Shown here: positions 8,793 through 18,164 of the stretch, piece by piece
How positions within the stretch are numbered: position 1 is the first letter of the stretch
Layout of the letters: each line of letters begins with the position of its first letter
Assembly (NCBI GenBank): GCA_026707145.1
Contig: JAPOXK010000021.1
Location: 311,526-375,525, forward strand
DNA from: Chloroflexota bacterium
GTDB taxonomy: Bacteria; Chloroflexota; Dehalococcoidia; Bin125
Reading direction: 5' to 3'
DNA length: 64,000 nucleotides
Position numbers and translations under genes: made by a program
Notes under the pieces: model-generated
The model's input: the letters and a program-made list of their open reading frames with translations, nothing else
Told to the model about the DNA's origin: nothing
Databases searched by the model: none

Positions 8793-9986
8793 TTACACGA
8801 CGCGGTCGGGCAACACGGCCACGCCGGGAAGCGTACGTCCCTCCAATAGTTCCAGCGCTGCGCCGCCGCCGGTACTGATGTGGTCGATCCGCTCAGCCAC
8901 ACCCGCCTCATGGACGGCCTGAGCCGTCTCGCCGCCACAGATGACGGTAGTCGCAGACAGTCCGGCGAGCACGCGTGCAAGCGCGCGCGTGCCGCCGGCA
9001 AAGGCGGGCTGCTCAAATAACCCAAGCGGGCCGTTCCAGACGATCACGTCCGCAGGGCGCAGGGCTTCACTGAAGCGCTCAACCGTCGCCGGACCGATGT
9101 CCAAGACCTGCCACCCGGACCCCACTTCCTCTTCCGCGAAGGTTAAAGGCCGTGCGCGCGGCGCCAGGTCCGGGCCTTGTCCGATCACCCCATCGACCGG
9201 GAGCTCCAGGATGCAACCGCGGCGGGCCGCCGCCTCAAGGACCGTCCGGGCCTCTCCCACCAGGCCAGACTCGATGAGTGAGGCTCCCAGCGTCAGCCCA
9301 CGCGCCAGTAGAAAGGTATGGGCCATCGCACCGCCGATACAGAGGATGTCGACCCGCTCAATGAGCCGACGCAGCAGCGTGAGCTTGTCGCTAATCTTGG
9401 CGCCGCCGATGAGCGCCGCGCGGGTACCGGCCGCGGCACTGAAAACACTGCCAAGCCGCTCTAGCTCTTCCGCCATCAGTAGTCCGGCAGCGGAGTCGAG
9501 GTAACGGGCCACCCCTTCCGTTGAGGCATGGGCGCGATGCGCGGCGCCGAAGGCATCGTTCACGAAGCAATCGGCAAACGCGGCGAGTTGGCGCGCGAAA
9601 TCAGGGGCGTTCGCCTCTTCCTCGGAATGGAAGCGCAGGTTCTCCAAGAGCAGCAGATCGCCTGGCCGTAGCTGCCGAACCCGCTTTTCGACGGAAGCGC
9701 CGACGCTGTCCTCCGCGACTGTCACCTGTAGGCCTAGCAACTCACTTAGCCGCGCCGCCACCGGTGCCAGTCGCAACTCGTCGCGAACCTGGCCTCGCGG
9801 CCGGCCCAAATGGGCACAAACGACCACAGCGGCGCCCTCGCCGAGCAAGTACCGAATGTTCGGGAGAGCAGCGCGAATACGGGTGTCATCAGCGACGGCC
9901 CCACCCCGCAGGGGCACATTCAAGTCGGCACGCAGCAACACGCGCTTGCCTTGGAGCGGCAAATCTCGAACGGTGCGCTTAACCAT
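8793..9986 (-). CDS. pgk: phosphoglycerate kinase
   Basis: 397 aa. It has VLLRADLNVPL, GGGA and CGGETA motifs. Confidence 0.9.
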   Translation of the reverse strand: MVKRTVRDLPLQGKRVLLRADLNVPLRGGAVADDTRIRAALPNIRYLLGEGAAVVVCAHLGRPRGQVRDELRLAPVAARLSELLGLQVTVAEDSVGASVEKRVRQLRPGDLLLLENLRFHSEEEANAPDFARQLAAFADCFVNDAFGAAHRAHASTEGVARYLDSAAGLLMAEELERLGSVFSAAAGTRAALIGGAKISDKLTLLRRLIERVDILCIGGAMAHTFLLARGLTLGASLIESGLVGEARTVLEAAARRGCILELPVDGVIGQGPDLAPRARPLTFAEEEVGSGWQVLDIGPATVERFSEALRPADVIVWNGPLGLFEQPAFAGGTRALARVLAGLSATTVICGGETAQAVHEAGVAERIDHISTGGGAALELLEGRTLPGVAVLPDRVV

Positions 9987-10009
9987 GCGGCTCCGGCCGT
10001 TATGGGAGC

Positions 10010-10648
10010 CTAAGTCTGTGCCCGGTCGGTTTCACCAGCCAGGAGAGCGCGAATATCCTCCTCACCGACCAAACCGCTGCGCAGCACCTGAGGCTCCGCG
10101 CCCGTGCAATCTAAAATCGTAGAAGGCTTGCCCGCCGGGAGCAGCCCCGACGGCTGTAAGATCTCGACCGTACTGCCGAAGAGTTCCAGGACCGCCTCGG
10201 GCGTCGTGGCGGCAGGTTCCTGGTGGCGGTTGGCACTCGTCCCAGTCAGTGGTGCTCCGACTTTATCGAGCAGGGCGCGCGCGACTGGGTGCGCAGGAAT
10301 ACGCAGTGCAACGGTCTCATAGGGTGCAGCGAGCGAATACCACTGAGGGTTGCGGCGCAGAACCAGGGTAACGGCACCCGGCCAGACCGCCTGCGCGAGC
10401 CGCTGTATGTTGGGGGACACGTCTGTCGCGACGCGGCCCAACCAAGAGTGGTCCGGCAAAAAGATCGGCAAGGCTTGATCATCAGGCCGGCGCTTGAGAT
10501 GGAAGAGCTTCATCATGGCGGCGCCGTTGCTCGCGAGTGCGGCGAGACCGTACTGCGTGTCCGTAGGGAGTGCGACGATGCCGCCTTGGGATAGAACGCG
10601 CGCGGCTTGTTCGGTGGCGCCCTGATCAACTTCCGCTACCGCTGTCAC
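10010..10648 (-). CDS. tsaC: L-threonylcarbamoyladenylate synthase (YrdC/TsaC family)
   Basis: 212 aa. It has GGIVALPTDTQYGLAA and LTGTSANRHQEP (YrdC fold). Confidence 0.8.
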   Translation of the reverse strand: MTAVAEVDQGATEQAARVLSQGGIVALPTDTQYGLAALASNGAAMMKLFHLKRRPDDQALPIFLPDHSWLGRVATDVSPNIQRLAQAVWPGAVTLVLRRNPQWYSLAAPYETVALRIPAHPVARALLDKVGAPLTGTSANRHQEPAATTPEAVLELFGSTVEILQPSGLLPAGKPSTILDCTGAEPQVLRSGLVGEEDIRALLAGETDRAQT

Positions 10649-10758
10649 TACGTACCCATTTCTTGCCGCGACCGCCTCGCAAGCACTTCACCCTTAGGAC
10701 AGGTGTTCTTGACCGTTAGTATACCGTCGCGATACGTTGCCCAACACGAGGAGGCGCA

Positions 10759-12435
10759 TTGGCGGAGTCGAACACGACGGCGCCGATCCCCCGGATCCGC
10801 ACGACCGACGACCTGGAGGTCTCAGGCTACCTGGAAGTAGCGCGTGGCGCACGCGCCGCCGCCGCTTCCCCAACCGACCCTGCGACACCCCTCTCGCACC
10901 AGCCGCGGGAAGCGATCGCCATCATCGACTTCGGCGGGCAAACCAGCATGCTCATCGCCCGGCGCGTGCGGGAGCTCAACGTGTACTGCGAGTTACTCCC
11001 CCACACCGCTCCCTGGGAGCAGGTGCAGGAGCTTAACCCCAAGGGCTTCATCCTCTCTGGTGGTCCTGCGTCGGTATACGGCGAGAGGGCTCCGCGCGCG
11101 CCCGCTTACATCTACGAGAGCGGCTTGCCGGTCCTTGGGATCTGCTACGGCATGCAGGAGATCGCCGTGGCGTTGGGCGGACGCGTCCTACCGTCGCAGA
11201 ACCGGGAGTTCGGTCATGCCGTCTTGCATCGGGCAGAACCTCACACGGCGCTACTTGATGGCCTCCCAGAGGCACTTCCCGTCTGGATGAGCCACGGCGA
11301 TCGGGTGACGGAATTGCCTCCAGGATTCCTGACGCTCGCTTCTAGTGAAGCGTCGCCGGCAGCGGTGATCGGCAACGACGAAGGCATCTACGGGATCCAG
11401 TTCCACCCGGAGGTCGTGCATACCCGCGACGGGCCCCGTTTGCTCGAGAACTTCGTCCGCAAGATCTGCGGCTGCCGGGGCGATTGGACCGCCGGCAGCT
11501 TCAGTGAGCAGAGCGTGCAACGGTTGCGCGATCAGATCGAGGAGGGACGCGTGATCTGCGCGCTCAGCGGCGGCGTGGATTCGGCAGTGGCGGCAGCGCT
11601 TGTGCACCGCGCGGTGGGATCACAGCTGACCTGCATCTTCGTCGATAACGGTCTGATGCGCCGCGAGGAGCCGCAGCGAGTCGTGGAGACCTTCCGCAAG
11701 CATTTACAGATCGACCTGATCCACGTCGACGCGGCGGACCGCTTCCTAGAGGTCCTGGCCAGCGTCACCGACCCCGAAACCAAGCGCAAGCGGATCGGCG
11801 GAACTTTTATCGAGGTCTTCGAAATGGCCGCCAAGGAGCTCGGCGCGGTCGAGTACATCGTGCAGGGCACCACCTACCCCGATGTCGTCGAGAGTGGGCC
11901 CAACAGTGTGACCGCCACGATCAAAACGCACCATAACGTGGGAGGGTTGCCGGAGCGGATGCGCTTCGCACTGGTTGAGCCCCTGCGCTACCTATTCAAG
12001 GATGAGGTACGCCAGGTCGGCCTAGCGCTCGGGCTGCCTGCCGCGATGGTGCAGCGCCAGCCTTTCCCAGGCCCAGGTCTCGCGATCCGGATCATCGGCG
12101 AGGTCACCCGCGAAAAGCTGGAGACGCTGCGCGCCGCTGATTGGATCGTGATGGACGAGATCAAGGCAGCCGGCCTTTACAGTGATCTATGGCAGTCATT
12201 CGCGATCTTGACCGATACACGATCAGTAGGCGTCCAGGGAGACCATCGCACTTACGGGCATGTAATCGCGCTGCGCGCGGTCACCGCCGCGGACGCAATG
12301 ACGGCCGATTGGGCCCGGCTCCCCTACGAAGTGCTGGCGCGTATCAGCAATCGCATTGTTAATGAAGTCCCAGCCGTGAACCGTGTGGTGCTGGACATCA
12401 CATCGAAGCCGCCGGGGACGATTGAATGGGAGTGA
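10759..12435 (+). CDS. guaA: GMP synthase (glutamine-hydrolysing)
   Basis: 558 aa. It has the GATase block [20 protein letters not shown], the catalytic Cys region GICYGMQ, and the ATP-PPase SGGVDSAV. An N-terminal extension of about 50 aa lies ahead of the conserved core (see findings). Confidence 0.9.
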   Translation: MAESNTTAPIPRIRTTDDLEVSGYLEVARGARAAAASPTDPATPLSHQPREAIAIIDFGGQTSMLIARRVRELNVYCELLPHTAPWEQVQELNPKGFILSGGPASVYGERAPRAPAYIYESGLPVLGICYGMQEIAVALGGRVLPSQNREFGHAVLHRAEPHTALLDGLPEALPVWMSHGDRVTELPPGFLTLASSEASPAAVIGNDEGIYGIQFHPEVVHTRDGPRLLENFVRKICGCRGDWTAGSFSEQSVQRLRDQIEEGRVICALSGGVDSAVAAALVHRAVGSQLTCIFVDNGLMRREEPQRVVETFRKHLQIDLIHVDAADRFLEVLASVTDPETKRKRIGGTFIEVFEMAAKELGAVEYIVQGTTYPDVVESGPNSVTATIKTHHNVGGLPERMRFALVEPLRYLFKDEVRQVGLALGLPAAMVQRQPFPGPGLAIRIIGEVTREKLETLRAADWIVMDEIKAAGLYSDLWQSFAILTDTRSVGVQGDHRTYGHVIALRAVTAADAMTADWARLPYEVLARISNRIVNEVPAVNRVVLDITSKPPGTIEWE

Positions 12436-12460
12436 GGTCAAGAGAAATCGCGATGCGCCG

Positions 12461-12895
12461 GTGATCATCACGATCTGTGCAAGCATGACCCTTATTGCCC
12501 GCATCCGCGAGGTCCAGCAGACGCTGGAGGCCCTGGGGCACACCGTCTACGTGCCGGTTGAAGTGGAGGAATTCAACTACCACGACGCCACGACCGAGGA
12601 ACGCGCCGACCTCAAGCGCAGCTTCGATCTCATCCGCGCGCACTGGCGCAAGATCCAGCGTTCCGACGCGATCCTCGTCCTCAACGAGACCACCAAGGGC
12701 ATTGAGCGCTATATCGGGGGTAACTCGTTCCTCGAGATGGGATTCGCCCACATCTTGGACCTCCCGATCTTCCTGATGCACCCGGTACCAGCGATGCCGT
12801 ACGCCAGCGAAATGGCTGCCATGGACCCCATCGTCCTCGACGGCGACCTTCGGCGGATTCCGCAGGCGGCCCACGCTGTCGAGGTGCGCGGATAG
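12461..12895 (+). CDS. nucleoside 2-deoxyribosyltransferase (NDT) family protein (start uncertain: GTG 12461, TTG 12422 or ATG 12485)
   Basis: The core IITICASM...GHTVYVP...AILVLNETTKGIERYIGGNSFLEMGFAHILDLPIFLM fits the NDT/Rcl-like signature (a hydrophobic beta1 strand, then the D/G-x-G-[TS]-x-F-E-x-G-x-A motif with the catalytic Glu in FLEMGFA). The listed ORF 12383..12895 overlaps the guaA 3' end. A GTG at 12461 yields MIITICASM.... Confidence 0.5.
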   Translation: MIITICASMTLIARIREVQQTLEALGHTVYVPVEVEEFNYHDATTEERADLKRSFDLIRAHWRKIQRSDAILVLNETTKGIERYIGGNSFLEMGFAHILDLPIFLMHPVPAMPYASEMAAMDPIVLDGDLRRIPQAAHAVEVRG

Positions 12896-12900
12896 TTCAG

Positions 12901-14160
12901 ATGCGTGTGTTGGTAGTCGGCAGCGGCGGTCGCGAGCATACCTTCGCTTGGGCCCTGCACCAAAGCCCGCAGATCGAGCAGCTGTTCTGCGCGCCGGGCA
13001 ACGCCGGCACCGCAGCGCTGGCCGTGAATCTCCCCATCGGCAGCGAACGGATCGACGCCCTCGCCGCCGCCGCCGTTCGCGAGCGAATCGACCTGGCAGT
13101 CATCGGACCGGAGGCGCCGCTAGCTGCAGGGCTTGTGGACGCGCTTCGCGAGCGCGACATTCGCGTGTTCGGCCCCACACGGGCCGCCGCCCGTATCGAG
13201 GCGTCGAAGCGATTCGCGAAATCGCTCATGGAGAGAGCGGGCATCCGCCATGCGCGCGGCCGGAGTTTCCACGAGGCAAGGCCAGCGCACGCTTTCATCG
13301 ACAGCTTCAGGACCCCCCCGGTCGTCAAAGCCGACGGGCTGGCTGCCGGTAAGGGAGTCGTGGTTCCCGCGACTTTCGAGGAAGCCCACGCCAGTGCCGA
13401 TGCCATGCTGGGCGGCAGGTTTGGCGAGGCCTCGGAGATCGTCGTAATTGAGGAGCGTCTGGCGGGACTCGAGGCGAGCGCGATGGCGTTCGTTGACGGG
13501 CGGCAGGTGCAACCCATGCCGTTGTCGTGTGACTACAAGCGCGTTGGGGACGGCGACGTAGGTCCCAACACCGGAGGCATGGGCGCCTATAGCCCGCCTG
13601 GTTTTCTGCCCCCGGAGAGCACGCCGCGGCTGTTCGCCGATATCCACGGGCAGGTCGTGGCGGCGCTTGCTGCCAGGGACGCGCCCTTCCAAGGCGCGCT
13701 ATACGCTGGCCTAATGGTCGATGAGGACGCAGCGTCCGTGCTGGAGTTTAACTGCCGGTTCGGAGATCCCGAAACGCAGGTGGTTCTGCCACGGCTGCGA
13801 ACGGCCCTGCTCACGGTGATGGAGGCTTGCACCGAAGGGCGCCTAGCAGCGCAACCAGTCGAGTGGAGCGAGGATGCCACAGTCGGCGTGGTGCTGGCCA
13901 GCGACGGCTATCCGGGATCCTACGAAACAGGTAAGCCAATCCACGGGCTGAATGCAATCGATGACGACGTGCAGGTTTTCCACGCGGGAACACGCCTCAC
14001 GGAGGAGGGTGCAGTGGTGACGAGCGGTGGACGCGTCTTGACCGTGGTCGCCCGAGCACCCACTCTGGCCGAGGCGCGTGCACGGGCCTACGACAACGTG
14101 CGGCGCATCGACTTCGCAGGCTGCATCTATCGTCGCGACATCGCCGCCCGCGAGATCTAG
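12901..14160 (+). CDS. purD: phosphoribosylamine--glycine ligase
   Basis: 419 aa. It starts MRVLVVGSGGREHTFAWAL and has an ATP-grasp domain. Confidence 0.9.
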   Translation: MRVLVVGSGGREHTFAWALHQSPQIEQLFCAPGNAGTAALAVNLPIGSERIDALAAAAVRERIDLAVIGPEAPLAAGLVDALRERDIRVFGPTRAAARIEASKRFAKSLMERAGIRHARGRSFHEARPAHAFIDSFRTPPVVKADGLAAGKGVVVPATFEEAHASADAMLGGRFGEASEIVVIEERLAGLEASAMAFVDGRQVQPMPLSCDYKRVGDGDVGPNTGGMGAYSPPGFLPPESTPRLFADIHGQVVAALAARDAPFQGALYAGLMVDEDAASVLEFNCRFGDPETQVVLPRLRTALLTVMEACTEGRLAAQPVEWSEDATVGVVLASDGYPGSYETGKPIHGLNAIDDDVQVFHAGTRLTEEGAVVTSGGRVLTVVARAPTLAEARARAYDNVRRIDFAGCIYRRDIAAREI

Positions 14161-14174
14161 ATCGGATATTCCTC

Positions 14175-14636
14175 ATGGCTCTTGTTGCGATCGTGATGGG
14201 CAGTGAATCCGACCGGGCCGTCATGGCCGCAACCAGCAAGGTACTGACCGAATTCGAGGTGGAGCACACCAGCCACGTCCTCTCCGCCCACCGCACACCG
14301 GATGCGCTGCGTGCATTCGTCGTGGGGGCCGAGGAGGCCGGATACGAGGTGATCATCGCCGCTGCGGGCGGGGCGGCGGCGCTTCCCGGCGTCGTCAAAT
14401 CGCACTCCAGGCTGCCGGTGATCGGCGTGCCGCTCGCATCAAGCGAGTTGCACGGCATTGATGCGCTGCTGAGCATTTTGCAGATGCCGCCGCGAGTCCC
14501 CGTAGCCACAGTGGCCGTGGGCGACTGGGGCGCACGCAACGCCGGCTACCTGGCCGTGGAGATCTTGGCGCTGCATCACGCCGCCATTCGTGAGCGTTAC
14601 CGCGCGTTTCGCCGCCGCTTGGCAGAAAGCGGATAA
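14175..14636 (+). CDS. purE: N5-carboxyaminoimidazole ribonucleotide mutase (PurE)
   Basis: 153 aa. It has VAIVMGSESD and IAAAGGAAALPGVVKSHSRLPVIGVP. Confidence 0.9.
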   Translation: MALVAIVMGSESDRAVMAATSKVLTEFEVEHTSHVLSAHRTPDALRAFVVGAEEAGYEVIIAAAGGAAALPGVVKSHSRLPVIGVPLASSELHGIDALLSILQMPPRVPVATVAVGDWGARNAGYLAVEILALHHAAIRERYRAFRRRLAESG

Positions 14637-14647
14637 GGGAGAGGCTG

Positions 14648-14983
14648 ATGGCCGATGCCAATCTGCAAGACCGCGACGCCGTGCGCGATGTGGCCATGGT
14701 CGACAAAGTCACGCGTCGCACGCTCAACCATGGAGACCGGATGTCGCTACACGAGGTCACGATCAAGAAGGGGGGCGTAGTGCCGCTGCACGATCACCCG
14801 CACGAGCAGATCGGCTATCTCGCCTCGGGCCGGGTTCTCTTTATGATCGGCAACCTGCAACGGGAGATAAAGCAAGGGGACTCTTGGATCATTCCCGGCG
14901 GCCTGCCGCACGAGGTGACCGCACTAGAGGATTCCGTGGCCATTGATGTCTTCTCCCCAGTCCGTGAGGAGTACCTCGACTGA
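14648..14983 (+). CDS. cupin domain protein
   Basis: 111 aa. The two-His cupin motifs are G(x)5HxH...(LHDHPHEQIGYLASG) and PGGLPHEV. Confidence 0.55.
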   Translation: MADANLQDRDAVRDVAMVDKVTRRTLNHGDRMSLHEVTIKKGGVVPLHDHPHEQIGYLASGRVLFMIGNLQREIKQGDSWIIPGGLPHEVTALEDSVAIDVFSPVREEYLD

Positions 14984-15011
14984 TGCAGGCCGCAACGCGG
15001 CAGGTGGGGGC

Positions 15012-16304
15012 ATGATCCCGCGCTACTCGCGGCCAGAGATGGCCGCACTCTGGACGGACCAAGCAAAGTACGACCGCTGGCTTCAAGTGGAAGTGGCGGC
15101 CGTGCAGGCCTGGGCGGACGCGGGAGTCATCCCCCACAAAGAAGCCGAGGCCATAACGGCCAAGGCGGCCTTCCAGCTCGCTGACATCGATCGCTACCAA
15201 ACCGAGACCCATCACGAGATGACGGCTTTCCTGCGTTCCGTCAATGACCACGTAGGCGAGGCAGGCCGCTGGGTGCACTTGGGGCTAACTTCTTCCGACG
15301 TTTGGGATACTGCCACGGCGCTACAGCTGCGCGACGCGGCCACCTTGCTGGAGCGCGAACTCGAGCGACTGCTCGCCGTGCTAGAGGCCCGCGCCCAGAC
15401 ACACAGACGCACGCTAATGGTGGGACGAACCCACGGCGTTCATGCCGAACCCACAACCTTCGGATTGAAGCTGTTGGTCTGGGTCGCCGAGGTGCGGCGC
15501 CACCAGACGCGACTGACTGAAGCAAAGCGGATGGTTTCGGTCGGAAAGCTGAGCGGGGCCGTCGGAACGCACGCCACTGTACCGCCTGCGGTTGAGGAAA
15601 AGGTCTGTGCGCGACTCCATCTGACGCCCGCGGCAGCGGCGAATCAGATCATCCAGCGTGATCGGCATGCCCAGTTTGTGAGCACGCTGGCGCTGATCGC
15701 GGCATCGCTGGAGAAGTTCGCCATGGAGATCCGGCACTTGCAGCGCACCGAGGTGCGCGAAGTCGAGGAGCCTTTTCTGCCAGGGCAGACAGGCTCTTCC
15801 GCGATGCCGCACAAGCGCAACCCCGAAAAGTGCGAGCGCATCTGTGGTTTGGCGCGCGTTCTGCGGGGCCACGCGACCACCGCCTTCGAGAACGTCGCTC
15901 TCTGGCACGAGCGAGACATCAGCCACTCCAGCACGGAGCGCCTGATCTTCCCGGACGCCTGTGGCTTGCTGGACTACATGCTGGATCTGTTCACCTGGGT
16001 AATGGAGAACTTGGTGGTCTTCCCGGAGCGCATGCGTGAGAACCTGGACGGTGCCGGGGGACTCCTTTACTCGCAGCGCGTGCTGCTGGCGCTGGTCGAG
16101 GCGGGGATGCAGCGGGAAGAGGCTTACGCACTCGTCCAGCGCCACGCCATGCAGACTTGGAAAAGCAATATCCCCTTGCTCGACCTCCTCTTGGCCGATC
16201 AGACCGTCCAACAGCATCTCGGCGCGGATGCGCTCGAGGAGTGCTTCAACCCTGCTTACTACCTGCGCCATGTCGACGAAACGTTCGCGCGACTCGGGCT
16301 CTAA
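15012..16304 (+). CDS. purB: adenylosuccinate lyase (start at internal Met MIPRYSRPEM)
   Basis: It has MIPRYSRPEMAALW and GSSAMPHKRNP. The listed ORF starts at 14943 and overlaps the cupin gene. The ATG at 15012-15014 gives the canonical N-terminus. Confidence 0.9.
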   Translation: MIPRYSRPEMAALWTDQAKYDRWLQVEVAAVQAWADAGVIPHKEAEAITAKAAFQLADIDRYQTETHHEMTAFLRSVNDHVGEAGRWVHLGLTSSDVWDTATALQLRDAATLLERELERLLAVLEARAQTHRRTLMVGRTHGVHAEPTTFGLKLLVWVAEVRRHQTRLTEAKRMVSVGKLSGAVGTHATVPPAVEEKVCARLHLTPAAAANQIIQRDRHAQFVSTLALIAASLEKFAMEIRHLQRTEVREVEEPFLPGQTGSSAMPHKRNPEKCERICGLARVLRGHATTAFENVALWHERDISHSSTERLIFPDACGLLDYMLDLFTWVMENLVVFPERMRENLDGAGGLLYSQRVLLALVEAGMQREEAYALVQRHAMQTWKSNIPLLDLLLADQTVQQHLGADALEECFNPAYYLRHVDETFARLGL

Positions 16305-16319
16305 GCTCGGAAGGAGGCT

Positions 16320-17258
16320 GTGATGAGCGGGACGACGCACGTTGCGAGTGACGTGCTCATGCAGAGCGACCTGCCGTTGCCGAAGAGGCAGGGCAAGGTG
16401 CGTGATATCTATGATCTGGGGGATCGGCTGCTGCTGGTCGCGAGCGATCGAGTCTCCGCCTTCGACGTCGTGCTGCCCAACGGGATCCCGGACAAGGGCC
16501 GGGTGTTGACTCAGATGTCGGCGTTCTGGTTTGAGGAGACACAGGCGGTCGTGCCGAATCACATGATCCGGGTGATCGACTCGACTGAGAACCCGGACTT
16601 GCCCGTGGAACTGGGGCCCGAGTACATCGGCCGGACGATGCTCGTGCGCAAGGCCGAGCCGGTGATGCTAGAGGCGATCGTGCGGGGAGCGGTTTCCGGC
16701 AGTGGTTGGGCCGCATACCAAACAAGCGGCCGCGTCTGCGGCATCACGCTCCCCCCTGGCTTAGAGGAATCGCAGGCGCTGCCGGAGCCGATCTTCACCC
16801 CTTCGACCAAGGCGGACGAGGGTCACGACGAGAACATCACGTACGAGCAGGCAGAAGCGATTGTCGGCAGGGACGTGGCGAACGTCGTGCGCCTGCGGTC
16901 GCTGGCGCTCTATGCCTACGGCGCCGCCCGGGCGCGACAGTGCGGCTTCATCATTGCCGACACCAAGTTCGAATTTGGCATGGTGGAGAACGAAGACGGT
17001 GACCGGGAAGCGATCTTGATCGACGAAGCGCTCACACCAGACTCGTCGCGTTTCTGGGAGATCGCGATCTATAAGCCTGGCGGCCCGCAGCCGTCCTACG
17101 ACAAGCAGCCGCTGCGCGACTGGCTCACACAAAGTGGGTGGGACAAGGAGCCTCCCGCGCCAGCACTGCCACCCGAGGTGGTGAGCTTGCTGCAGACGCG
17201 ATACCTAGAGGCTTTTCAGCGCATCACCGAGCGTGAACTCCTGCGCCCAGAGGTTTGA
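16320..17258 (+). CDS. purC: phosphoribosylaminoimidazole-succinocarboxamide synthase
   Basis: 312 aa. It has RQGKVRDIYDLGDRLLLVASDRVSAFD, the SAICAR synthetase fold. Confidence 0.9.
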   Translation: MMSGTTHVASDVLMQSDLPLPKRQGKVRDIYDLGDRLLLVASDRVSAFDVVLPNGIPDKGRVLTQMSAFWFEETQAVVPNHMIRVIDSTENPDLPVELGPEYIGRTMLVRKAEPVMLEAIVRGAVSGSGWAAYQTSGRVCGITLPPGLEESQALPEPIFTPSTKADEGHDENITYEQAEAIVGRDVANVVRLRSLALYAYGAARARQCGFIIADTKFEFGMVENEDGDREAILIDEALTPDSSRFWEIAIYKPGGPQPSYDKQPLRDWLTQSGWDKEPPAPALPPEVVSLLQTRYLEAFQRITERELLRPEV

Positions 17259-17530
17259 GCAAGGCGATGGCGCGTTTCAAAGCCGATGTCCACGTGACGC
17301 TCCGGCGGACGGTTAACGACCCCGAAGGTCTCACGATCAAAGGCGCATTGAGCGAGCTCGGTTTCGCAGAGATCGCCGATCTGCGCGCCGGGAAGTACAT
17401 CGAGATCTGGTTGGAGGCGGCCGACGGGGAGACCGCTGCACAGCGCGCCGAGGTGATGTGCGACAAGTTGCTGGCCAATCCGGTGATCGAGGACTACCGC
17501 GTGGAGGTCGAGGAGGTCGACAGGCGTTAA
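17255..17530 (+). CDS. purS: phosphoribosylformylglycinamidine synthase subunit PurS
   Basis: 91 aa: ARFKADVHVTLRRTVNDPEGLTIKGAL...VIEDYRVEVEEV. It overlaps purC by ATGA. Confidence 0.85.
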   Translation: MSKAMARFKADVHVTLRRTVNDPEGLTIKGALSELGFAEIADLRAGKYIEIWLEAADGETAAQRAEVMCDKLLANPVIEDYRVEVEEVDRR

Positions 17531-18117
17531 CGCGTCAGAGTGCCCTTCGTACTGGGAATCGAGGTCTCGGCTTCGGCCACAGCGACGGCGTCACGCAGCG
17601 CGCGGGCGAGGGCCTTGAAGCAGGCTTCAGCGATGTGGTGGTCGTTCTCGCCGCGTAACTGGCGCACGTGCAATGCCAACCGCCCCTCCTGCGCGATCGA
17701 CTCCAGGCAATGTGCCACGAGCTGCGTAGGCAGCTCACCTATCATCGTTCCGGCGAACTGCAAATCGACGGCTGCGTAGGGCCGCCCACTCAGGTCTATG
17801 GCGACGTGGATCAGAGCTTCGTCCAAGGGAACGGTGCGGTCGGCCATGCGCGCGATGCCGGCGCGGTCGGCCAAGGCCTGGTCGAGCGCCTCGCCCAGCG
17901 CCAACCCCACATCTTCCACGGTATGGTGCGCATCACGTTCCAAGTCGCCCTCGGCACGCAGCCGAAGGTCAAACGCGCCATGCTTCGCCAACTGCTCGAA
18001 CAGGTGGTCGAGCATACCGATTCCGGTCTCGACATCGAAGCCGCCCGATCCGTCGAGGTTCAGCCTGCACTCGACAACGGTCTCATCGGTCCGTCGGTGG
18101 ATAACGCCTTCCCGCAT
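17527..18117 (-). CDS. hisB: imidazoleglycerol-phosphate dehydratase
   Basis: 196 aa. It has GIGMLDHLFEQLAKHG and HHTVEDVGLALGEAL. Confidence 0.9.
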   Translation of the reverse strand: MREGVIHRRTDETVVECRLNLDGSGGFDVETGIGMLDHLFEQLAKHGAFDLRLRAEGDLERDAHHTVEDVGLALGEALDQALADRAGIARMADRTVPLDEALIHVAIDLSGRPYAAVDLQFAGTMIGELPTQLVAHCLESIAQEGRLALHVRQLRGENDHHIAEACFKALARALRDAVAVAEAETSIPSTKGTLTR

Positions 18118-18164
18118 GACTCGTCCACTTTGGCACCGAGCGGCAGCCCAAGCCAGCGTCCTCT

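Noticed and set aside
10649-10758. A purine riboswitch upstream of guaA.
   Set aside because: The 110-nt leader lacks the conserved purine-aptamer core (no U-rich junction or P2/P3 loop motifs). Only promoter-like hexamers are present.
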